From Patescibacteria group bacterium (lineage in GTDB: Bacteria > Patescibacteriota > Patescibacteriia > 2-01-FULL-39-33), in assembly GCA_041662745.1 (NCBI GenBank), contig JBAZRV010000003.1:90001-122000 (forward strand): a stretch of 32,000 nt of DNA, read 5' to 3'. Below are positions 8,751 to 15,303 of this stretch, piece after piece. Both the position numbers and the translations under genes were made by a program. Under the pieces are notes generated by a model. That model had not been told where the DNA came from and searched no databases. It saw only the letters and a list, made by a program, of their open reading frames with translations. How positions within the stretch are numbered: position 1 is the stretch's first letter; each line of letters opens with the position of its first letter.

Positions 8751-9350
8751 TTAATAGCGGTCGCCGGGACCGTCAGGCAGCTTTTTATGCGGTCGGAGCT
8801 GGACGGCGTCTTCCAGCTTGAAGCGTTTACGGGTGGCTTGGTAGTAAGCCAGCAAGAGCAGGGCCTGTTTGGTTTCTAATTGCCTGCCCCAACGCAATTT
8901 ACAGAGCCCGATAAGGTATTCGGCGTGGCCGTCCTGAAACGCCGGTGACTCGTGGATGGCGCGAATCGGTTGCCAGTTTTCATTAGTCAAGATTAGAACC
9001 ATGTTTTTGTAAGGCGAAACGCGGAAAAGACGAATAAGATAATTGATTTTGCCGGTATAGTGCATAAGCGAGAATAACCACATCCAGTATAGACTGGATT
9101 CGTTATCCTGAATGGGCTCGCCGCTCAGGCGACAGGTCATGGCCACAGATGGCGGCAACTTGAATTCTTTAATGAGAACTGAACGCGGAATTTTGGCATA
9201 ATCCATGCTGGTAAAGCATAGAGCCGCTCTGACAGCCTTGTCCGGCAGTTGGCCGGTTGCCTTGGCTTCCCAAAATTCAACTATGGCCCTCAGATAAGCA
9301 TCAATGATTTGCCTGTATTCTTCCAGAGCGTCGCTACAGCCGCAGGACAT
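8751..9350 (-). CDS. Hypothetical protein (199 aa), no family recognised
   Basis: ATG 9350 with GGAGG (9359-9363, reverse) 8 nt upstream, followed by its own terminator. Lies antisense between prfA and prmC. Confidence 0.65.
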   Translation of the reverse strand: MSCGCSDALEEYRQIIDAYLRAIVEFWEAKATGQLPDKAVRAALCFTSMDYAKIPRSVLIKEFKLPPSVAMTCRLSGEPIQDNESSLYWMWLFSLMHYTGKINYLIRLFRVSPYKNMVLILTNENWQPIRAIHESPAFQDGHAEYLIGLCKLRWGRQLETKQALLLLAYYQATRKRFKLEDAVQLRPHKKLPDGPGDRY

Positions 9351-9386
9351 GGTTGATTCCTCCTTATCGTTGTCCTATCGTCGTTT

Positions 9387-9415
9387 TTGTCAAAGTTCTA
9401 TTTTGTAAATAATAT
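9387..9415 (+). promoter_or_regulatory. Candidate promoter of prmC
   Basis: TTGTCA (9387-9392), 17 nt, TAATAT (9410-9415), 21 nt before the ATG. Confidence 0.4.
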
Positions 9416-9436
9416 GTTATCATTTTTACTTATCTT

Positions 9437-10291
9437 ATGTCAATAGCTCAAATATTGCAGCTGGCCGTCAAAAGATTAAAAAATCGGAATATTGTCTCGA
9501 CCGAGTTGGATGCGGAATTGCTTCTGGCTTCCGTTTTGGCTTGTCCGCGCGAATATGTTTTAGCGCATCCGGAATTTAAGCTGAGCGCCAGACAGTTAAG
9601 CAAGTTTAAAAACCTGTTGAAACGCCGGATTAACTACGAGCCGATTGCGTATATTTTGGGCAAGAAAGATTTTTTTGGTTTGGAACTCAAGGTCAATAAA
9701 AACGTGCTTATCCCCCGCCCCGAGACCGAGACGGTTGTAGAGACGGCCTTGGATTTTATCCGCTCCAATCGCCTTAATAAAATCATTGATGTTGGTACGG
9801 GGTCAGGCGCCATTGCCTTGGCCTTGAAGAAAGTCCGGCCTCGAGCTGATGTTCTGGCCGTAGATGATTCGGCGTCGGCTTTAATTATTGCCAAACAAAA
9901 CGCCCGGCGCTATGAATTGAAAATAAAGTTTATAAAAAGCGATTTACTCAGCCGGGTTAGCGATGCGGAGTTGCAGGATTCGGTAATTGTCGCTAATTTG
10001 CCTTATTTAAGTCCGGCAACGATTAAGCGGTATAGCCCCGTTTTAAAAAGACAATTGGCTTATGAACCGCAAGCGGCGCTTTATGCCGGTCGTTATGGCA
10101 TCGATGCCTATGAGAATTTGTTTCAGCAATTGGCTAAGCGTTTGGCTAAACCGCGCGCCGTGTTTTGCGAAATCGGCCCTTGCCATTGGCGAAAGTATTA
10201 TCAGACGGCGAAAAAGTATTTTGTCAGGCAAAAAGTGGAAGTTAAAAGCGATTTGGCGGGCAAGAAAAGGTGTTTGATTATTTATTATTAA
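9437..10291 (+). CDS. prmC: Release-factor glutamine N5-methyltransferase (HemK/PrmC)
   Basis: SAM-binding IIDVGTGSGAIAL. EPxxAL motif (YEPQAAL). The catalytic tetrapeptide reads NLPY instead of the usual NPPY. Confidence 0.88.
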   Translation: MSIAQILQLAVKRLKNRNIVSTELDAELLLASVLACPREYVLAHPEFKLSARQLSKFKNLLKRRINYEPIAYILGKKDFFGLELKVNKNVLIPRPETETVVETALDFIRSNRLNKIIDVGTGSGAIALALKKVRPRADVLAVDDSASALIIAKQNARRYELKIKFIKSDLLSRVSDAELQDSVIVANLPYLSPATIKRYSPVLKRQLAYEPQAALYAGRYGIDAYENLFQQLAKRLAKPRAVFCEIGPCHWRKYYQTAKKYFVRQKVEVKSDLAGKKRCLIIYY

Positions 10292-10321
10292 TATCGCCTC
10301 GGTTTGCTAAATAAGCATCAC

Positions 10322-10355
10322 AAAAAAACAACCCGCTAATGCGAGCTGTTTTTTG
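10322..10355. terminator. Imperfect bidirectional terminator between prmC and rplY
   Basis: ACAACCCGC-TAAT-GCGAGCTGT stem with two mismatches, flanked by A7 and T6. Confidence 0.4.
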
Positions 10356-10365
10356 TATTTGAAGA

Positions 10366-11040
10366 TTATTTTTTATCTTTGCTTTCCTCGGTTGCCGCAG
10401 TTTCGCCTTCAGCGGGAGCGGCCTCGCCTTCAGCGGGAGCGGCCTCGCCTTCAGCGGTAACGGCTGGGACTTCTTCCGTCTCAACTTTCGGTCGGGCCAC
10501 ATTGGCTACTGCATCTTCAAGATGATGATGCAGGATTTCCAGGGTTGCGGGAATCTTGAGATCGGCCAAAGTGATAACATCATCAAAAGTGTTTAAGGGG
10601 GTGATATCCACTACAACTTCATGGATCAAGTCAGTTGGCAGACAACGCACTTCCAATTCGGAAATGTTATGCACTAACACGCCGGCGTCTTCCTTAACGG
10701 CGCGGGATTCGCCGATAAATACCAGCGGAATAGTGGCATGCATCTTCTCTTTCATATTGATCCGATGCAGATCGGCATGGGTAACGCGCCCCTTAACCGG
10801 TTCAAATTGAACTTCAGAGATGATTGCCTTAATCGGCGCAGCGTCGTCAACACTCAAGTCAATGATGGTGCTTTCGCCAGCCTCTTTTAACACTTTCTCA
10901 AATTCAACGTAATTGAATTCCAGGTTTTGATTGGTTTGGCCGTGGCCATAGATTACCGCCGGGACAGAGCCTTGAGATCTTAGGGCTTGGACTTTTTTGC
11001 CCAATTCTTTACGGGTTTTAGCTTTTAGATTCAATGTCAT
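10366..11040 (-). CDS. rplY: 50S ribosomal protein L25 / Ctc form, with repetitive acidic C-terminal tail
   Basis: LRSQGSVPAVIYGHG and a two-domain Ctc length. The tail is AEGEAAPAEGEAAPAEGETAA. Confidence 0.9.
   Translation of the reverse strand: MTLNLKAKTRKELGKKVQALRSQGSVPAVIYGHGQTNQNLEFNYVEFEKVLKEAGESTIIDLSVDDAAPIKAIISEVQFEPVKGRVTHADLHRINMKEKMHATIPLVFIGESRAVKEDAGVLVHNISELEVRCLPTDLIHEVVVDITPLNTFDDVITLADLKIPATLEILHHHLEDAVANVARPKVETEEVPAVTAEGEAAPAEGEAAPAEGETAATEESKDKK
10403..10457 (-). repeat. 21-bp in-frame tandem repeat (about 2.6 copies) inside rplY
   Basis: TCGCCTTCAGCGGGAGCGGCC occurs at 10403-10423 and 10424-10444, with a partial copy at 10445-10457. It encodes the AEGEAAP heptads. 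Confidence 0.85.
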
Positions 11041-11070
11041 ATATGGATGTTAATTCGTAATAACCAGGTT

Positions 11071-11099
11071 ACTTTAGCATTAAATTATTTTTTTGTCAA
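11071..11099 (-). promoter_or_regulatory. Candidate promoter of rplY
   Basis: Minus strand reads TTGACA (11099-11094), 17 nt, TGcTAAAGT (-10 at 11076-11071). Confidence 0.5.
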
Positions 11100-11146
11100 A
11101 TTGGCATTACCTGATTGCCATAGGGCGAATAGACTGTTTCCGGATA

Positions 11147-11176
11147 AGAAAAAAGCTCCCACTAATTGGAGCTTTA
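11147..11176 (-). terminator. Intrinsic terminator after the rSAM two-gene unit
   Basis: Minus strand has AAGCTCC-loop-GGAGCTT stem (11174-11153) followed by TTTTTT. Confidence 0.6.
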
Positions 11177-11199
11177 TTTGGTTTGGCCAAAGGTGCTGG

Positions 11200-11742
11200 T
11201 TAATCGGCGGGAGCGGAAAGTTCGGCGTTGGCATCTGTAGCCGGGAAGGCTCCATATCTAACTAAAGCTGTCCCCGGGCTTTCAGGGAAACCTCCATAAA
11301 GAGTCATCATGTTTGAATCGTCCGGAGAGTCCGGAAAAGAGGGTAATCCATCATTTCTATTGCGGTTTAGTTGATCAATTAGCGCTCGTTCCGCCGTTTT
11401 AAAGACCACCTCTTGTTTTTCGGGATCATAATCGGCGAACAAGCGATTAAAAGCAAAAATAATTTGCAGATCTTCATTAAGCAGGACGCCGTAGTCGCAA
11501 ACAGTTTCTTCAGTACCAAAAATTCTATTGGCTAAATTAACCATCCCGGTTTCTTCGGAGTAAACGGCCATAAACTCCTCGGCTGGCTTGGTCTGGCCCC
11601 GCATAATGATCAAATAATAATTCTGCGCCGCTTCATCCGGGGAAGCCTGTTCTTGGGGGTTTGACAATTTTACTTTGACTTGATGCCTTTGCAAATCACG
11701 ACGTAAAAAAGAAAGAACATTGCCATGCATCGGATTGCTCAT
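11200..11742 (-). CDS. Hypothetical protein (180 aa) with duplicated C-terminal YG[GA]FP motif; candidate substrate or partner of the adjacent rSAM
   Basis: ATG 11742 with AAGGAG (11750-11755, reverse). The C-terminus reads ...LYGGFPESPGTALVRYGAFPATDANAELSAPAD. Starts 37 nt downstream of the rSAM stop. Confidence 0.7.
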   Translation of the reverse strand: MSNPMHGNVLSFLRRDLQRHQVKVKLSNPQEQASPDEAAQNYYLIIMRGQTKPAEEFMAVYSEETGMVNLANRIFGTEETVCDYGVLLNEDLQIIFAFNRLFADYDPEKQEVVFKTAERALIDQLNRNRNDGLPSFPDSPDDSNMMTLYGGFPESPGTALVRYGAFPATDANAELSAPAD

Positions 11743-11779
11743 TTTTTCTCTCCTTATCGGTTGCCGATTGATTTTTAGG

Positions 11780-12796
11780 TTAGTTAATCAAACTGTGCAG
11801 ACAACAGAATGGCGCCTGTCCGAATCTATCAAAATGAGCTAAGGCCATGGATTTGCATCCGCCTTGGCACCAGGAATATTTTTTGCAGTTTTGGCAGATC
11901 CCCCCCGGTTGGCAATCGTCTCTAAATAACCTGATAATCTTGTTGTCTTGTTGCCAAATTTCTTTTAATGTTTTTTGCCGTACATTACCCAAGATAAAGC
12001 GTTCATCCATTAACGATAAGCAGGGCAAAACATTGCCGCAAGCATCAATTCCGACGGTCTGTTTGCCGGCGGTACAACCCGGCCAGCCTCGACCGCGCAA
12101 GAGAGTATAGTCATAACCGAAACAATCAGCCGCCCTGATATCCAAGCAGGATTGGTAAATGTTACGCAGTTTTATCAGGGCAAAGCAAGTTTCTCGGAAT
12201 ATTTCTTCGTTGATTGCCAACTCGCTATTATCTTTGGCCCGCCCGATAGGCGAAATCAGCTGAACTTGCCAGCCGGAAGCTCCGACTTTACGCAGGAGCT
12301 CGGCTAATTCAGGCAGTATTGCGTAATTCAGGCGACTGACGGTGGTAATGGCAATAGCTCGCAAGCCGATAGCCTTGGCTGTAGCGATAGCGTTTAAGGC
12401 CGTTAGCCAGGAACGGCTATGGCCACGGATATGATTATGTATGGCTGAGTCGCCGTCAACGGAAACGCCGATAGTATGGGCGCCGGCGTCTTTAAGCCGC
12501 TGCGCCAGGCTGTCAGTCATGGTTAAGCCGTTAGTGATCAGGGCGAAGCTGATCTGCTCCTTTTGCAAACCGTCAAGCAGTTGCGGAAAATCATGTTTAA
12601 TAGTCGTTTCGCCGCCGGATAATGCCAGTTGATTCAAGCCCAGTTCTTGCAGTTGGCCAAAAACCCTTAGCCATTCCTCGGCTGTTAACTCGTCATCCTT
12701 AGGTTTTTTTACGCAATCGGAGCCGCAGTGCCGGCAATTGAGGTTGCAACTCGCGGTGGTTTCTATCACTGCGTTAGTGATTTTTTCATACAACAC
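11780..12796 (-). CDS. Radical SAM enzyme with C-terminal SPASM domain
   Basis: CNLNCRHC (CxxxCxxC), a GGE motif (LSGGETT), and a full SPASM pattern Cx12Gx4C ... CQNCKKYSWCQGGC (Cx2Cx5Cx3C) ... C. GTG or TTG start with AAGGAGGG upstream. Confidence 0.9.
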   Translation of the reverse strand: MLYEKITNAVIETTASCNLNCRHCGSDCVKKPKDDELTAEEWLRVFGQLQELGLNQLALSGGETTIKHDFPQLLDGLQKEQISFALITNGLTMTDSLAQRLKDAGAHTIGVSVDGDSAIHNHIRGHSRSWLTALNAIATAKAIGLRAIAITTVSRLNYAILPELAELLRKVGASGWQVQLISPIGRAKDNSELAINEEIFRETCFALIKLRNIYQSCLDIRAADCFGYDYTLLRGRGWPGCTAGKQTVGIDACGNVLPCLSLMDERFILGNVRQKTLKEIWQQDNKIIRLFRDDCQPGGICQNCKKYSWCQGGCKSMALAHFDRFGQAPFCCLHSLIN

Positions 12797-12880
12797 CCCG
12801 CCCTCCTTTGTTTGCTTGTAAAATCATTTAATTTTTAAGGAACTCTTGATGTTTTATCTTATTTTAAAAAATTAAGATTG

Positions 12881-13990
12881 TCAAGTGGCGCGTCGGCCGT
12901 ATCTGGCAATGGATAGATTGATGCCGATAAGTATCATCATAGTCAATAAAAAGCTTCCGCCGTAAGAAACCAAAGGTAAGGAAATTCCGGTTACCGGCAA
13001 TAGGCCGACGCACATGCCGATATTAATGAAGACATGGGAAAATACCAGGGCGGCGGTCAGTAGCGCAATAAACATACCCAAATCATCGGGCGCGCGCGTG
13101 GCAATGCGGTATAAGCGGAAGAAGAACAGACCGAATAATCCTAAAACCAGGCAGACGCCGACAAAACCGATTTCTTCGGCTATGACGGAGAAAATAAAAT
13201 CAGTCTGGCTTTCCGGAATGAATTTCAATTGGCTTTGGCTGCCGAAACCCAATCCCCGACCCATCAATTTGCCGGCGCCGACGGCGATAATTGATTGGCG
13301 CACGTTATATCCCCTGCCCTGCGGATCCAGGGAGGGATTAATGAAGGTGAAGATGCGGGCTTGTTGATAATCTTGGAAAATAAAAAACCAAGCGAAAAGC
13401 AATGAGGTTATAATTAAGCCGAAAATTAAAAAAACTTGCCAGCGTTTTTGGACGATTAATAAGAAAGCCGCCAGCCAAATGAAAAACAATACCATGGCCG
13501 ATCCGAAGTCCGGTTGCAGGGCGACCAAGCATAACGGCATAGCCACGATTGCCCCTAAGAATATCAAATGCCAGAATTTGTATAAAGTGCGGCTGTAACG
13601 GCTGCAGATATCGGCCAGGACGATAATCAAGAATATCTTGGTTAGTTCTACCGGCTGAAAACTCATAAAGCCGAAGTCAAACCAGCCGCGAGCGCCATTG
13701 ACCACCCGGCCCAGAGGGGTCAGTACTAAAATTAATAACACGATGGACACGGCATAGCCGATCCAACCGATGTAACGGAAAACGCGGTAGTCCAAAAAAG
13801 AGATTCCGCCGGCCGCGCCTAAGGAAATGAATAACCAGAGGATTTGCTTGCGGAAATTATCAAATTCGCCCAAACCGCGGCCTAAGGCAACGCTGTAAAT
13901 AGCGGCTAAGCCGAAAAACATTAAAAAAATCGAGCTGGCCAAGAGCCACCAATCGATTTTTTTGAATAAATTTGTGATTAACGTTTGCAT
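12881..13990 (-). CDS. SEDS-family peptidoglycan polymerase (FtsW/RodA/SpoVE)
   Basis: 369 aa, about 10 TM. Motifs LQPDFGSA and ESQTDFIF are typical of FtsW/RodA. Stop codon is TGA. Confidence 0.9.
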   Translation of the reverse strand: MQTLITNLFKKIDWWLLASSIFLMFFGLAAIYSVALGRGLGEFDNFRKQILWLFISLGAAGGISFLDYRVFRYIGWIGYAVSIVLLILVLTPLGRVVNGARGWFDFGFMSFQPVELTKIFLIIVLADICSRYSRTLYKFWHLIFLGAIVAMPLCLVALQPDFGSAMVLFFIWLAAFLLIVQKRWQVFLIFGLIITSLLFAWFFIFQDYQQARIFTFINPSLDPQGRGYNVRQSIIAVGAGKLMGRGLGFGSQSQLKFIPESQTDFIFSVIAEEIGFVGVCLVLGLFGLFFFRLYRIATRAPDDLGMFIALLTAALVFSHVFINIGMCVGLLPVTGISLPLVSYGGSFLLTMMILIGINLSIARYGRRAT

Positions 13991-13991
13991 T

Positions 13992-15230
13992 TTACTCGTG
14001 TCTTAGGGCCGCAATAGGGTTCATATTGGCCGCATGGCGTGCCGGGTAATAGCCAAAAATCAGGCCGACGGCGCCACAGAAGCCGAAAGCGATGACAATT
14101 GATTGGGGCGGCAGAATGAATTGCCAGCTATAGCCCAAAAGGCCGGCGGCAAAACTGATAAAATAGGCAAAACCGATGCCGGCAATTATGCCCAAAGCGC
14201 CGCCCAGCAGAGTGATTATAATCGCTTCATAAAGAAATTGCCAGAGGATTTGGGCTTTTTTAGCGCCGACAGCCTTGCGCAGACCGATTTCAAAAGTGCG
14301 TTCTGAAACAGACACATACATAATATTCATGATTCCGACGCCGCCGACGATTAGCGAGATTCCGGCAATGGCGATTAGAAGCAAAGTAATGCCGTTAAAA
14401 ATAGTGTTAATCATGTCTCGGGCTTCTGTCATGGTGGTTACGGCAAAGTCATCATACTGGGGATCATCAATTTCGTGGCGGGTGCGTAATAAATAAACAA
14501 TATCGTCAGCCGTTTGATCTTCTTTAGCGGTGTCAATAATATTTGCGGTAACAGTCTGAATGTAATCAATGCCCATGACTATTTTTTGCAAAGTCTTGAC
14601 TGGCACGTAGGCTAACTGATCAAAATCAAAACCGAAAGTGGCTCCGGCTTCATCCATCACGCCAACAACGCGGAATTTATTCTTGCCGATTTTTATTTCT
14701 TGTCCCAGCGGATCCTGATTGCCGAATAATTTTGCTGACAGTTTGCTGCCCAGAACCACCACGCGAGCCAGCTCGTTGTTTTCATCGTCCGTAAAGAATC
14801 GTCCAATTTTGGTTTTGGTTTTGCCCATCTCCACATAAGCCGGCATGGTGCCAATCAGGTTGACTGATTTTTGCTGATCAAGATAGGAAACCACCTCTTG
14901 ATCCATAATCATAACATAATAATTTTCAATGTTGGGCAGTTTGCCTATGGCCTCAGCGTCTTCCAGGGTGAAGGTGGTGACGGCCACTCCTTGCGCCATG
15001 GTGCTGGCGTTTTGAGTGGAATTCTTTCCCGTGGTCGGCACCTTAATTTCAATCTGGATTATTTTGGAGCCAAACGCCTCCAGTTGCCCTAAGATTTCTC
15101 CTTTAAGACCTTCCCCCGCCGACATTACGATAATGACTGCGGCAATGCCGATAATAATGCCGATCACCGTCAAGACGGTGCGGAGTTTGTTATTTTGCAG
15201 TGATTTTAAAGCAATGTTAAGCGATTGCAT
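13992..15230 (-). CDS. ABC transporter permease, MacB/FtsX type
   Basis: N-terminal LKSLQNNKLRTVLTVIGIIIGIAAV, a large extracytoplasmic domain, and a C-terminal FtsX-like 3-TM module. No ATPase gene is adjacent. Confidence 0.85.
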   Translation of the reverse strand: MQSLNIALKSLQNNKLRTVLTVIGIIIGIAAVIIVMSAGEGLKGEILGQLEAFGSKIIQIEIKVPTTGKNSTQNASTMAQGVAVTTFTLEDAEAIGKLPNIENYYVMIMDQEVVSYLDQQKSVNLIGTMPAYVEMGKTKTKIGRFFTDDENNELARVVVLGSKLSAKLFGNQDPLGQEIKIGKNKFRVVGVMDEAGATFGFDFDQLAYVPVKTLQKIVMGIDYIQTVTANIIDTAKEDQTADDIVYLLRTRHEIDDPQYDDFAVTTMTEARDMINTIFNGITLLLIAIAGISLIVGGVGIMNIMYVSVSERTFEIGLRKAVGAKKAQILWQFLYEAIIITLLGGALGIIAGIGFAYFISFAAGLLGYSWQFILPPQSIVIAFGFCGAVGLIFGYYPARHAANMNPIAALRHE

Positions 15231-15303
15231 ATAATGGCTGGTTTATGGCGTATAGCTTGCAGTTTATACTAATTATAATTAAATATCCGGTAATAAGCCA
15301 TGC

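Noticed and set aside
10403-10457. CRISPR-like array
   Set aside because: The repeats are contiguous with no spacers, in-frame within rplY, and there are no cas genes. No other repeat-spacer pattern was seen in the window.
10278-10502. 74-aa ORF with PLPLKAR repeats
   Set aside because: It overlaps rplY out of frame on the same strand and runs past the rplY stop, and its periodicity simply reflects the 21-bp coding repeat in rplY. It has no RBS.
12786-12827. 13-aa upstream ORF (MILQANKGGRGVV) overlapping the rSAM start, considered as a RiPP precursor
   Set aside because: It has no SD, it overlaps the rSAM's own SD and start, and its sequence is dictated by that SD. It is most likely coincidental.
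12881-12883. Alternative genetic code (UGA reassignment as in some CPR lineages)
   Set aside because: TGA terminates the SEDS gene here and paralog 1 at 4019-4021 at sensible protein ends, and no conserved gene needs in-frame TGA read-through. The standard bacterial code fits.
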